From: Verrucomicrobiota bacterium
GTDB lineage: Bacteria > Verrucomicrobiota > Verrucomicrobiia > Limisphaerales > AAA164-E04
Length of the DNA stretch: 64,000 bases
NCBI GenBank assembly: GCA_047947115.1
Contig: CP170459.1
Coordinates: 928,001 to 992,000 of the forward strand
Direction: 5' to 3'
Part shown: one piece after another, positions 22,210 to 32,747 of the stretch
Numbering within the stretch: the stretch's first letter is position 1
How the letters are laid out: every line of letters starts with the position of its first letter
Notes under the pieces: model-generated
Database searches by the model: none
Seen by the model: only the letters and a program-made list of their open reading frames with translations
What the model was told of the DNA's origin: nothing
Translations under genes and position numbers: made by a program

Positions 22210-23022
22210 ATGGTTACCTGGACACCTGATTTGATTAAGGCGAGCAAGGGGAAGGAATTTCTACCTGCCCTCACCGTTTATGACTACCCCATGACCCGCA
22301 TGTTGGACGAGCTGGGCATCCCCATGTTGTTGGTTGGAGATTCTCTTGGAATGGTGGTGCTGGGTTATCCGGACACCACACATGTCACCATGGAGGACAT
22401 GATCCATCACGTACGAGCAGCAGCCCGGGCCAAACCCAGGAGTTTTCTGGTAGGCGACATGCCCTACCAGAGTTACGAAACTTCGGAGCAAGCCGTTCGT
22501 AACGCGCGCCACCTGATGGACGCCGGAGCCCACGCGGTCAAACTGGAAGGAGGAAAAGAAATCGGCACCCAGATCAAGGCCATTCGCAACGCAGGAATTC
22601 CTTGTGTCGGTCACCTTGGCATGCTTCCGCAACACATCCTGGAAGAGGGAAAATACCGCATCAAAGGCAGGACCGAGGACGAGAAACAAAGTCTGCTGGA
22701 CAATGCCGCCTTTCTGGATTCCATGGGCATCTCTGCATTGGTATTGGAACTGGTTGAGAGCGAACTCACCGCTGAAATCACCCAGTCCATATCCGTTCCC
22801 ACGATCGGTATCGGATCCGGGAACGGATGCGACGGCCAAATCCTTGTCACCCATGATCTGGTCGGAACCTTCCCATGGTTTCGCCCCAAGTTCGTCCAAC
22901 CCAAAATGGAAGCCACACGCCTCATGCAACAAGCCGTTCAGGAATGGTGCAATGACTGGGAGTCCCTTTACCAGAAACAACGCAACCGCCGGGAATCCAC
23001 CGACTCAAAGCCCGAAGCCTGA
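22210..23022 (+). CDS. panB: 3-methyl-2-oxobutanoate hydroxymethyltransferase
   Basis: LTVYD, LLVGDSLGM, AVKLEGG, PTIGIGSG..CDGQILV. Confidence 0.96.
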   Translation: MVTWTPDLIKASKGKEFLPALTVYDYPMTRMLDELGIPMLLVGDSLGMVVLGYPDTTHVTMEDMIHHVRAAARAKPRSFLVGDMPYQSYETSEQAVRNARHLMDAGAHAVKLEGGKEIGTQIKAIRNAGIPCVGHLGMLPQHILEEGKYRIKGRTEDEKQSLLDNAAFLDSMGISALVLELVESELTAEITQSISVPTIGIGSGNGCDGQILVTHDLVGTFPWFRPKFVQPKMEATRLMQQAVQEWCNDWESLYQKQRNRRESTDSKPEA

Positions 23023-23092
23023 ACCACTGTGCCAGACAGAAGGGAACACTCCTTCCTGTTGCACTTCCCCACACAAATGTCACATTGAACCC

Positions 23093-23554
23093 ATGACGAA
23101 TCTCACCCATATCAACGAACAAGGAGAGGCATCCATGGTTGATGTCACCAACAAGCCCGTCGTCCTTCGTGAGGCCATTGCCGAGGGATGCATCTATGTG
23201 CAGTCCGAAACCCTGGATAAAATTGAATCCAACGCCATTGCCAAAGGCAACGTCCTGGCCTCTGCAAGGCTCGCGGGCATCATGGCGGCGAAAAAAACGG
23301 GAGAATTAATTCCCCTGTGCCATCCTTTACCCATCACGCATTGTGAGGTTCAGATGTCCATACCATCGACCCGCGATCGAATCGGCATTACCGCCTCCGC
23401 CAAAATTGCCGCATCCACCGGCATTGAAATGGAAGCGCTCACTGCGGTCAGCGTGGCGGCCCTGACGATTTACGACATGTGCAAAGCAGTGGATAAAACC
23501 ATGCGCATCGGAGACATCCGACTCCTCAAGAAAACCAAGACCGCGTTGGCATAA
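23093..23554 (+). CDS. moaC: Cyclic pyranopterin monophosphate synthase
   Basis: LTHINEQGEASMVDV, LIPLCHP, TGIEMEAL, IYDMCKAVD. Real start at MTNLTH (23093); the ORF track extends spuriously to 22604. Confidence 0.96.
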   Translation: MTNLTHINEQGEASMVDVTNKPVVLREAIAEGCIYVQSETLDKIESNAIAKGNVLASARLAGIMAAKKTGELIPLCHPLPITHCEVQMSIPSTRDRIGITASAKIAASTGIEMEALTAVSVAALTIYDMCKAVDKTMRIGDIRLLKKTKTALA

Positions 23555-23652
23555 AGCCGCACCGTCACATATTTTTCACACTTTGTCTGCTTGACGTTTG
23601 GCGGAAAGCTTGCACACTACGCTGCCCCGCTGTTGTGGGACGTCACTTTCAT

Positions 23653-25491
23653 ATGAAGCAACACATTCGCAATATTGCCATCATCGCTCACGTGGACCAT
23701 GGAAAAACCACGCTGGTCGACTGTCTTCTCCGTCAATCTGGTTTATTCCGGGAAAACCAGCATGTGGAAGAACGCATGATGGACAGCATGGACTTGGAAC
23801 GCGAAAAAGGCATTACCATCAAGGCCAAGAACGCCGCCTTCAAATATGGCGATCACGATGTCAACATTGTGGACACTCCCGGCCATGCGGATTTTGGCGG
23901 TGAAGTGGAGCGTATCATGAGTATGATCGACGGGGTGGTGTTGGTGGTTGATTCCGTGGAAGGACCCCAGGCGCAAACACGATTCGTTCTCCGCAAAGCG
24001 CTTGAATCCGGGGCCAAAGCCATCGTGGTCATCAACAAAATCGACCGCGAGGGAGCAACTCCCAACGAGGTGCTCGACAAAGTATTTGATCTGTTTCTCT
24101 CCCTGAATGCAACGGATGAGCAACTGGATTTCCCGGTGATCTACGCAAGCGCCAAGCAAGGCATTGCCATGAACGAGGTCTCGGATGAAGGCACGGACAT
24201 GAAACCTTTGTTCGAAGCCATCGTGAAACACATTCCGGCACCACGCATCACACAGGATCCGGAATTCAAACTGCTGATTGCCAATCTGGATTATTCCGAT
24301 TATTTGGGCCGAATCGCTTTTGGGAAAATTGTTTCCGGCAAAGTTTCGGTTGGCACCAAGATGTTCCGCGTCCGGGGAGACGGAAAACGCATTCAGGGCA
24401 AAGTCAGCGCCGTCTTCCACTTCGACGGCATGAAGCGCATCCAGGTGGAAGAAGCCTCTGCTGGAGACATTATCGGACTGACCGGGTTTGAGGACATTGA
24501 AATCGGAGAAACACTGACCGATTCCGAAGAGGCAGAACCCCTTCCATTCGTCCCGGTGGATCCTCCCACCATCTGCATGCAATTTGCCGTCAACGACGGA
24601 CCTTTCGCAGGCACCGATGGCAAGCTGGTCACCGCGCGCCACATCAAAGAGCGCCTCATCCGCGAAACACGCACCAACATCTCACTGCGAGTCAACGAAA
24701 CCGATGCGCCAAATTTATTCGATGTCACGGCACGCGGTGAAATGCAGATAGCCATTTTGGTCGAACAAATGCGACGCGAAGGATTTGAAGTATTGGTTTC
24801 CCGCCCTGAAGTCATTTATCACCGGGATCAAAACGGCAAACTCCTGGAACCCATCGAAAGGTTGTTCCTCGAAACCCCTCAGGAGTTCATGGGCCCCGTG
24901 ATGGAGAACCTTGCCAATCGCAAAGGTGACATCCAGAACATGGAACATCGAGGTGATACCATCCTCATCGAAGCGATCATCCCCATGCGCGGCCTGATTG
25001 GCTTTGAATCAGATCTGGTCAACATGACACGCGGCATGGGCGTAATGAGCCACCTGTTCCATGAATACGGTGAAGACCGCGGCGACATTCTCACCCGCAA
25101 AACCGGATCTCTGGTCAGTACGGAAACCGGCGAATCCACCGCCTATGCTCTCGACCAAATCCAGCAACGCGGCAAACTCCTGATCGGACCTGGCGAAAAA
25201 ATTTACGCCGGCATGATCGTTGGAGAAAACGCACGCGACCAGGATCTCCCTGTAAACCCGACCCGCACCAAGAAACTCACCAACATGCGTTCTTCCGGTG
25301 ACGGCAAAGGCATCCAACTCGAACCCCCGATGCTGCTCGGATTGGAAAAAGCCATCGAATTCATCGGTCCGGACGAGTACGTTGAAGCAACACCACACCA
25401 CTTGCGACTCCGCAAAAAGATCCTCTGCGAACACGCCCGAAAACGCGCATCCCAGACACGCCAGGTGAAGGTGATGGCGGAGGCTGTGTAG
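23653..25491 (+). CDS. typA: Translational GTPase TypA/BipA
   Basis: [41 protein letters not shown]. Confidence 0.97.
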   Translation: MKQHIRNIAIIAHVDHGKTTLVDCLLRQSGLFRENQHVEERMMDSMDLEREKGITIKAKNAAFKYGDHDVNIVDTPGHADFGGEVERIMSMIDGVVLVVDSVEGPQAQTRFVLRKALESGAKAIVVINKIDREGATPNEVLDKVFDLFLSLNATDEQLDFPVIYASAKQGIAMNEVSDEGTDMKPLFEAIVKHIPAPRITQDPEFKLLIANLDYSDYLGRIAFGKIVSGKVSVGTKMFRVRGDGKRIQGKVSAVFHFDGMKRIQVEEASAGDIIGLTGFEDIEIGETLTDSEEAEPLPFVPVDPPTICMQFAVNDGPFAGTDGKLVTARHIKERLIRETRTNISLRVNETDAPNLFDVTARGEMQIAILVEQMRREGFEVLVSRPEVIYHRDQNGKLLEPIERLFLETPQEFMGPVMENLANRKGDIQNMEHRGDTILIEAIIPMRGLIGFESDLVNMTRGMGVMSHLFHEYGEDRGDILTRKTGSLVSTETGESTAYALDQIQQRGKLLIGPGEKIYAGMIVGENARDQDLPVNPTRTKKLTNMRSSGDGKGIQLEPPMLLGLEKAIEFIGPDEYVEATPHHLRLRKKILCEHARKRASQTRQVKVMAEAV

Positions 25492-25496
25492 GTTTG

Positions 25497-26957
25497 TCAG
25501 GAAACAATATCCTTCAACACGCTTGACGGGTGTGCAACACCCGTCAAGCGTGCATCAAGGCCCAGAAAGGGATACGTCAACTTTTGATCGTGGATGCCCA
25601 GACGGTTGAGCATGGTCGCATGCAAATCGCGAACATGCACGTGATTCACGACAACACCAAAACCGATATCGTCTGTTTCACCATAACTGATGCCTCCTTT
25701 GATGCCCGCTCCGGCCATCCAGAGGGAGAAGGCGTCGATGTGATGATCCCTCCCCGGTGAAGACGCTTTCACGCCGCCACGGTTTTCCTGCATGGGGGTG
25801 CGTCCGAATTCACCACTCCAGACAACCAGCGTTTCGTCGAGCAGACCGCGAGATTCCAAGTCCTGCAACAGGGCTGCCATAGGTTGATCCACTTGCTTGC
25901 ATTTGTCGGGAAATCCCTTGTCCAGACCACTGTGATGATCCCAGCCCCAGTCATAGAGTTGAATGTACCGCACACCGCGTTTCACCAGTCGTCGTGCCAG
26001 CAGGCAATTGTTGGCGAAGCTTTCCTTGCCAGGCTGGGTGCCGTAGAGTTTGTGCACGTATTCGGGTTCACGCGTGATGTCCATGGCTTCGCTGGCGCTT
26101 AATTGCATGCGAAATGCCATTTCGTATTGCGCGATGCGCGTCACCGTTTCGGTGTCTCCCACCGCTTCGTAAGTTCTTTGATTGACCTTTTTCAGGGTGT
26201 CAACCATCTGACGACGTAGTTCGGTGTTGATGCCATCAGGATTGGATAAATACAAAACCGGATCACCTTCGCCTCGGCACTGCACACCTTGATAAACACT
26301 CGGCAGGTAACCACTGGCCCAAGCGGCTTTGCCTGCATCGGGTATCTGACCGCCGGACAGAAGCACCACGTAACCGGGTAGATTTTCGTTTTCACTCCCC
26401 AGCCCATAAAGAACCCAGGAACCTATGCTGGCATGACCCAGGTTTTGATTTCCTGTATGCACCAGCAGTTGGGCGGGTGCGTGGTTGAACTGATCGCTCT
26501 GCATGGATTTGATCACGCAGACCTTGTCCATCTGTTGCTCAAGATAAGGAAGGCGATCCGAGATCCACTGCCCGGTCTTCTTTTCCTGATAAAAAGGATA
26601 TTGAGGTCCCAACAACTGAGGAACACCTTGAATAAAAGCAAAGCGTTTGCCTCGCAAAAACTCTGCCGGACAATCCTGTCCGTCGAGCTTCACCAACAGC
26701 GGTTTGTAGTCGAACAAATCCAACTGACTCGGCGAACCCGTCATGTGCATGTAAATCACATGCTTGGCTCTGCCCGGGAGATGTCCGGGGTAGGGCGCGG
26801 CGGGGCGTCTGGGATCTCGCTTCAACATTTCAGCGTGCGATTCCCACCCCTGTTGCGCCATCCACAGAGCGCCAAGACCGGAGGTACATCGCGACAGAAA
26901 GTGCCGACGTGTGATGTTGTGAATCGTTTCCTGTTTGAGGTGTTGGCAGGTATTCAT
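25497..26957 (-). CDS. DUF1501 domain protein (Tat-exported)
   Basis: TRRHFL Tat motif, GSPSQLDLFDYKP, WSGEFGRTP, GRDHH. Confidence 0.9.
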   Translation of the reverse strand: MNTCQHLKQETIHNITRRHFLSRCTSGLGALWMAQQGWESHAEMLKRDPRRPAAPYPGHLPGRAKHVIYMHMTGSPSQLDLFDYKPLLVKLDGQDCPAEFLRGKRFAFIQGVPQLLGPQYPFYQEKKTGQWISDRLPYLEQQMDKVCVIKSMQSDQFNHAPAQLLVHTGNQNLGHASIGSWVLYGLGSENENLPGYVVLLSGGQIPDAGKAAWASGYLPSVYQGVQCRGEGDPVLYLSNPDGINTELRRQMVDTLKKVNQRTYEAVGDTETVTRIAQYEMAFRMQLSASEAMDITREPEYVHKLYGTQPGKESFANNCLLARRLVKRGVRYIQLYDWGWDHHSGLDKGFPDKCKQVDQPMAALLQDLESRGLLDETLVVWSGEFGRTPMQENRGGVKASSPGRDHHIDAFSLWMAGAGIKGGISYGETDDIGFGVVVNHVHVRDLHATMLNRLGIHDQKLTYPFLGLDARLTGVAHPSSVLKDIVS

Positions 26958-29900
26958 TTCGTGAGGAATGAGTCCATGTTGAGTAAGGTATTGGCCACCA
27001 GCGTCAAGGCGGCGACTTCCGGCTTGGCGTCCAAACTTTTTGTCAGATCCGGACGGGCCTCATAAGTGGCCAGAGCCGATTCGTAAAGCTTCACCAAATC
27101 TGCCAGATCTTGAGAAGATGGCGATTGCCCCAGCACCTGGCGCCACCCAAAACGGATTTTTTCCTTAACATCGTCACCTGATTGCGCATGCATCCTGTTC
27201 GCCAATGCTGAGGCGCATTCCAGGTAAACAGGGTCATTCATCATGACGAGGGCCTGGAGTGGAGTATTGGTCGAGACACGTCGTGTATTGCAAATAAGCC
27301 GGTTGGGAGCATCAAAGGCGATCATACTGGGATACGGGTTCGATCTTCTCCAAAAAGTGTAGATCGCGCGCCGGTATTGGTCTCCGCCTTCGGATGTTTC
27401 CCATTTCAGGCTGCTGCGCGCGGCACGCCAGATTCCATCCGGTTGCCAGGGCATGACGGGTGGACCGTACATTTTATCGGATAATTTTCCGGAAACTACC
27501 AAAGCGCTGTCCCGCACCATCTCTGCCGTCAAACGCGTGCGCGGACCTCTTGCCAGCAAACGGTTGCCAGGATCCAGTGCGCCCAGCTCGGTGGAAACCC
27601 TGGCATCCTGCCGATAGGTGGAGGATAGCACGATTTCCCGAAGGATGCTTTTGACACTCCACTTGAGTTCATGCTGAAAGCGATGGGCCAGGTAATCCAG
27701 CAAAGCCGGGTTGCTCGGGGGTTGACCGCTGCTGCCAAAATCGCCAAGTGTGGGAACAATGCCGCTGCCGAACAACTGTTCCCAAAGACGGTTCACCATC
27801 ACTCGGGCAGTAAGTGTGTTCTGATCGGAGACCAGCCAGTCGGCCATTCCCAGACGATCCTTGGGATCAGGCGTTTCACCTGAGGCCAGGATATCGGGCA
27901 GGCCCGGTTCGACAATCTCCCCTTTGTTCAACCAATCGCCACGCTTGAAAACAGCCGTGCCACGCTTGAAAGAAGCGTATTGCTCGCGGAGATAGGGCTG
28001 GGCGGAGGATGGAATGCTTCGACGTTGCTTTTCCAGTTGGGCAAGATCAGAATGTTCTCGCTGGAAGGTTTCATCGTTCGCCAATTGTGTCCACCTTTCG
28101 TCGGAACTCAGTGCATAACGACTGCGATTGGCGATAAAAGGCGCCAGGTCGTTGGGTGCGGCTTCCTGTCGAATGATGACGCGCAGGTGACCGGATACCG
28201 GAGCCTGAATCGGTGCTTCAGGAATCAGGATCAGTTGCCGGGCATGCGTGATGCGCGGGATGGCTCCCCACCCTTCTTTGTTGGGGTGCAAGGTATCCTC
28301 GGCTTTGTGAAATGCCTCAGCTTCATCACCCAATGCAAAACGGAACTTGATCTGCCCGGGAAGCGTGAAGTTTTTTTCTTCTATCTTTTCCCCGGTTTTG
28401 CCTGCTTCAGTTCCCGATGAATCCCGAAAGGATGTCTCCCCGATCTGCGCCTTGAATTCGGATATCACAAATCCCAGCTCGGGTTGGTAAAGCGCTTTAT
28501 CGAGATCCCGCGGTAACACATCCATACGCAATGCGGTAATGGTTTCAATCCCTTCAGGTATCTGGAAATCCAGGGTGAATTGGGAATCATGTGAAACCGT
28601 TCCCTCTGTGATCACCTCTGCGCCCCCCTGTTCAATCGGTTGAATGCGCAGCTTTGTTTGCTTGTTGGAAATGGCATGCTCGGGTTTCAACCATTCCCAG
28701 TCCTGTGTTTGTTCAACTGTCCGGCGTGTTTGATCGACAATGAAAGCGGATAGTCTGCTGGTTTCAGCATCCAGCGCCCGGGCTTTGGCAAAGTCGGCGT
28801 TTGAAAGCGGCACGTCCAATTTCGGATCATCGGACCGTAAATCCCAATCCATGCTCGTATTGAAATACGACATGAATTGATAGTATTCCGGTTGGTCAAT
28901 CGGATCATAAGGATGCGAATGACATTGCACACAATTGAAAGTGATGCCCTGCCAGACCTGCCAGGTGGTATTGACCCGATCCAGGATGGCCGTGACCCGA
29001 AATTCTTCATCGTCCGTTCCGCCTTCAGTATTGGTCGGGGTATTGCGATGAAACCCGGTGGCAATCAAATCATCCATGCTTGGGGAAGGAAGCAGATCAC
29101 CGGCAAGTTGCATGCGGGTGAAATGATCGTAGGGAAGGTCTTCGTTGAAAGCCCGGATCAACCAATCACGATAAGGCCACATCGTTCGTTTGCCGTCCTT
29201 TTCATAACCCTGCGAGTCTGCGTAACGAGCCAGATCCAACCACATCGAAGCCCATCTTTCCCCAAAGGCGGAAGCGTTCAACAAGCGATCGGTCATGCGT
29301 TCAAAAGCACCTGGATCCCGATCCTTTAAAAAGGCGTCAATGGATTCCGGGGATGGCGGCAAACCGGTAAGATCAAGACTCGCCCTCCGCAACCACGACG
29401 TGCGGGTGGCGGCAGCCGCGGGTTCAATCTGGTGCCGATCCAATTCCGAAAGAACAAAGTAATCCATACCCTGCGCGCACCAGTCCGGATTTGAAACCAG
29501 CGGCTGTCCGGGTTTTTCAGGCGGCATAAATGCCCAGTGTTCATCCCAGACAGCCCCTTGTTGAATCCACTGCCGGAATAGCTGAATCTCCGCCTCTCCC
29601 AGTTTGGATTCTGATTCGGGAGGTGGCATGACATCGCTTTCATCATGGGTGGTGATGCGGGCGATGAGTTCGGATTCAGTAGGTCGCCCAGGCACCACTG
29701 CAATGGCCCCGGACTTGGTGGGTTCGAACACTTTGGAGCGATACTTGAAGGAAAGATCGCCCGCCTGCTTGACACCACCATGACAATCCATGCAGTGTTC
29801 GTTGAGAAGAGGACGAATATCGCGGGTGAAGGAAACCTCTTGCGCAGCCAGATTTTGCCCCCCACCGGATAGTGTGATCAATCTCATCACCACTAGGACC

Positions 29901-30004
29901 ATCACCCCTTTTCCGATGAGGCCCGGATCGTTTATCCAAATTGCATTCATATACCGGAATGATTCCCATCTCGATTCATGGAAATTGCCCGTATAGCCTT
30001 CCAA
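26954..30004 (-). CDS. PSD1 / planctomycete cytochrome c (DUF1549/DUF1553) protein
   Basis: VSFTRDIRPLLNEHCMDCHG, HWAF, WLDLARYADS, CVQCHSH, TARVMVNRLW, TPLQAL. Start may be 29950; 4-bp overlap with the DUF1501 gene. Confidence 0.92.
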   Translation of the reverse strand: MEGYTGNFHESRWESFRYMNAIWINDPGLIGKGVMVLVVMRLITLSGGGQNLAAQEVSFTRDIRPLLNEHCMDCHGGVKQAGDLSFKYRSKVFEPTKSGAIAVVPGRPTESELIARITTHDESDVMPPPESESKLGEAEIQLFRQWIQQGAVWDEHWAFMPPEKPGQPLVSNPDWCAQGMDYFVLSELDRHQIEPAAAATRTSWLRRASLDLTGLPPSPESIDAFLKDRDPGAFERMTDRLLNASAFGERWASMWLDLARYADSQGYEKDGKRTMWPYRDWLIRAFNEDLPYDHFTRMQLAGDLLPSPSMDDLIATGFHRNTPTNTEGGTDDEEFRVTAILDRVNTTWQVWQGITFNCVQCHSHPYDPIDQPEYYQFMSYFNTSMDWDLRSDDPKLDVPLSNADFAKARALDAETSRLSAFIVDQTRRTVEQTQDWEWLKPEHAISNKQTKLRIQPIEQGGAEVITEGTVSHDSQFTLDFQIPEGIETITALRMDVLPRDLDKALYQPELGFVISEFKAQIGETSFRDSSGTEAGKTGEKIEEKNFTLPGQIKFRFALGDEAEAFHKAEDTLHPNKEGWGAIPRITHARQLILIPEAPIQAPVSGHLRVIIRQEAAPNDLAPFIANRSRYALSSDERWTQLANDETFQREHSDLAQLEKQRRSIPSSAQPYLREQYASFKRGTAVFKRGDWLNKGEIVEPGLPDILASGETPDPKDRLGMADWLVSDQNTLTARVMVNRLWEQLFGSGIVPTLGDFGSSGQPPSNPALLDYLAHRFQHELKWSVKSILREIVLSSTYRQDARVSTELGALDPGNRLLARGPRTRLTAEMVRDSALVVSGKLSDKMYGPPVMPWQPDGIWRAARSSLKWETSEGGDQYRRAIYTFWRRSNPYPSMIAFDAPNRLICNTRRVSTNTPLQALVMMNDPVYLECASALANRMHAQSGDDVKEKIRFGWRQVLGQSPSSQDLADLVKLYESALATYEARPDLTKSLDAKPEVAALTLVANTLLNMDSFLTK

Positions 30005-30113
30005 TCATTCGAATGCCAGACAAAACCATTGTGGCGGTTTTCTAATCAAATCTTGCTGACCTCTGGAGGGGGCGTTACGGCAAACCGCGGATTTTCAACG
30101 GATGTGATACCGC

Positions 30114-30722
30114 TTAGGCTGGGTCTTTGTGATTGCCCTCAAAAAATGGCATGGTGGCTTCGCCGGGTGCTTGAATGCCATCACGACGCACGACGGTCAG
30201 CAAGGTGAGCCAGAGAATTTTGATGTCGAGCCACAACGAACGGTGATCAACATACCAGACATCCAACTTGAATTTTTCCTCCCAACCAATGGCATTGCGC
30301 CCATTGACTTGCGCCCAACCCGTGACACCGGGCACGGCTTCATGACGCCGGGCCTGCTCTGTTGAGTAGAGTGGCAGGTAACGCATGAGTAACGGACGAG
30401 GGCCGACGAAACTCATTTCTCCTTTGAGAATGTTCAGTAGCTCGGGCAACTCATCCAGAGAGGTGGACCTCAACCACTGACCGAAGGCTGGAAGCCGGTC
30501 CGCATCCGGCAGCAGGTTGCCGTCGGAATCTCGTTCATCGGTCATGGACCTGAATTTGATGAGATGAAAAGGTTTGGCCTTCAATCCCGGTCGTTCCTGA
30601 CGGAAAAACACCGGGGCTCCCAACCGCCATCGCACCATCAGGGCCACCAGGATCAGTATCGGCACCCAAAAAGGTGCCGATATTATGACCAAAGCCAAAT
30701 CAAAGCATCGTTTCAGAAGCAT
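30114..30722 (-). CDS. Small phosphoglycosyl transferase (bacterial sugar transferase, PglC-like)
   Basis: KRCFD, KFRSM, LRSTSLDELP, MSFVGPRP, PGVTGWAQVNGRN. Confidence 0.93.
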   Translation of the reverse strand: MLLKRCFDLALVIISAPFWVPILILVALMVRWRLGAPVFFRQERPGLKAKPFHLIKFRSMTDERDSDGNLLPDADRLPAFGQWLRSTSLDELPELLNILKGEMSFVGPRPLLMRYLPLYSTEQARRHEAVPGVTGWAQVNGRNAIGWEEKFKLDVWYVDHRSLWLDIKILWLTLLTVVRRDGIQAPGEATMPFFEGNHKDPA

Positions 30723-30725
30723 GTG

Positions 30726-32486
30726 TTATTGGGCAGAAGACAATAGTTCTCCCGACACAGACTGTCCGCGATCGAGGACATATTGGAATGTTCCAAAGAA
30801 CATTTCGTCACTGCTTTGCAACCCCCAAGGAACTTCCCTTTCAGGATCGGGATTGGCGGGGTTGCGTTCGGAATTATCCCAGGCGGCGTGCAGGATCAGT
30901 TTACTGCCTTTAGGAACACGTCGAGGTTGAGCCAACACGTAGGTATGTTGCCAGTTGAAGTTGTAATTCGGCACTGAAACCAATGTCTCTTTCTTGCCAT
31001 CGGGTGTTTCAAGCTCAAACCGCATGGCCTTTCCACGAAAGTGCATGTGCGGATTCATCGAGTAAAGGATGATATCCTCCTTGATGTCCTTCGACTGACT
31101 CCACGGAAATGCTCGAGCGTGCGGTGGAATCTTGATCGATTGGTCGATGAACACCCCGGTCCGGAAATCGTGTTCGGTCTTGCCTTCGGCCAGATAAAGC
31201 CCGATTTGGGTGCGATCGATCGTTTCCTTGCCGTAAGAGGTATAATGCAATTCAAACAGCAGCCGTTCATTCTTTCTGAGAAGAATGCCCGAGTCTTTCG
31301 GAAACAAACCACCCCGCACACCGGGAGCGTATCCGGTCAACCACTTCCGTTTGCGCTCGTCATCGCTTTCGCGGGGAACGATATAGATGATCACATGATG
31401 CAAGGCTTGTCGATCGCCTGGGCGAACATCCACGCCGGTAATCCAGGTGTCCTGGTCGAAAGGAGAGTCAATGTGAATATACCTGTAATCAATGATGCCA
31501 TCCGCCGGCACATGCTGCTCGGTAATATCCAGAAAATGATCCGGTTCGCCAAGCATCCAGGGTTTGGCTTCCGGGGGATTGATCGCCAGAAGATCGTTTC
31601 CTTCACCTCGCTGAGTGCCTTGTTCGATCCAATGGAGCAGGATCTGTTGTTCTTCGGGAGTCAGGGACAGATCCTGATCAAATGTCCCGTGATGTGGATC
31701 CGCCTGCCAGGGAGGCATGCGTCTGGTCATGACCACTTCACGCATCATATCCGCCCACCCGCGGGCTTTGCGATAGCTGGTAAACGCGAAAGGACCAATG
31801 CCGCCTTTCATATGGCACCCGGAGCATTTTTCACGAATCAAAGGCGCAACGTCCTTCGCATATGAAACCGGCTGCTCTTCATGCGCCTCCCATGCCGGGT
31901 AATTGATCAGGCACCCGGGTGCGTCGACCTTTGCCGTTTCGACCGTCTTGCCGTCCAGCAAGGCATCCAGAGCGTCCTTCAGATAATGCTCGGCGGCTTC
32001 GGGCTTCCTCTTTTCATAGGTCAGCCGATCATCAATGGCCCCACGAAAGACGATCTGCCAACCCGTGGTCTCAATCAAAATGGCTTCGCCTGTTCGATCA
32101 ACGCCCAATGATCTTGCCACTTCCTGGGAGGCATCATCCAATATCGGCAGATTGAGGCTGTATGCGTCGGATTCTTCCACCAGATCAGCATATTCATCCT
32201 GATCATTGGCGTTGAGCATCCAGAATTGAATCCCTCTGGACGCATAGGATTCGGAAAGTTTCTCTAGATCCTGATACCGCAGCCGCACCAACGGGCACCC
32301 AATCCCGTGAGTGAAAAGGACAATGCCTTTGGTTTTCGGATCGTTGTGATAATAGGATAGCTGATGGAAATCGCCACGCTGATCAAACAGCCCGAAATCC
32401 TCTGCAACACGCACTTCCTCTGCGCTGGTGCCTTTCGTTCCAAGTAGCAAACAAACCAGTGTAATGGATGGGATCAATCTCTTCAT
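30726..32486 (-). CDS. Secreted redoxin + heme c + copper type II monooxygenase-like fusion protein
   Basis: GCP redoxin-like N-domain, CSGCH, MPPW, LHHVII, LHY, PHMHFRG, YNFNWQ, DEMF. Confidence 0.8.
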   Translation of the reverse strand: MKRLIPSITLVCLLLGTKGTSAEEVRVAEDFGLFDQRGDFHQLSYYHNDPKTKGIVLFTHGIGCPLVRLRYQDLEKLSESYASRGIQFWMLNANDQDEYADLVEESDAYSLNLPILDDASQEVARSLGVDRTGEAILIETTGWQIVFRGAIDDRLTYEKRKPEAAEHYLKDALDALLDGKTVETAKVDAPGCLINYPAWEAHEEQPVSYAKDVAPLIREKCSGCHMKGGIGPFAFTSYRKARGWADMMREVVMTRRMPPWQADPHHGTFDQDLSLTPEEQQILLHWIEQGTQRGEGNDLLAINPPEAKPWMLGEPDHFLDITEQHVPADGIIDYRYIHIDSPFDQDTWITGVDVRPGDRQALHHVIIYIVPRESDDERKRKWLTGYAPGVRGGLFPKDSGILLRKNERLLFELHYTSYGKETIDRTQIGLYLAEGKTEHDFRTGVFIDQSIKIPPHARAFPWSQSKDIKEDIILYSMNPHMHFRGKAMRFELETPDGKKETLVSVPNYNFNWQHTYVLAQPRRVPKGSKLILHAAWDNSERNPANPDPEREVPWGLQSSDEMFFGTFQYVLDRGQSVSGELLSSAQ

Positions 32487-32747
32487 TATTTTCTAATCGT
32501 CAATACATGCGCTCCCTGTCAAAGGCGGCAATCATACCACCCTTCTCAAGCAGCACATCTTACAACGCCAACCCAGAAAGGATAGTTACACCTTAAAGAC
32601 ATTTTTTCCAGCACGGACTTGAAGGATTTTAAACATGTCTTCGTGCCCATGTTGTCCTGTGAAAAATGACAGACCTACCGATTGCTCCGAAGTAAATCGC
32701 ACAAAGCCGGGTTTGACAGTTTCAAAGGTGTGTACAAACTCACGGGG

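Noticed and set aside
22604..23092. Apparent 316-aa MoaC with a long N-terminal extension
   Set aside because: The extension overlaps panB in another frame and MoaC similarity starts at 23093; not a fusion
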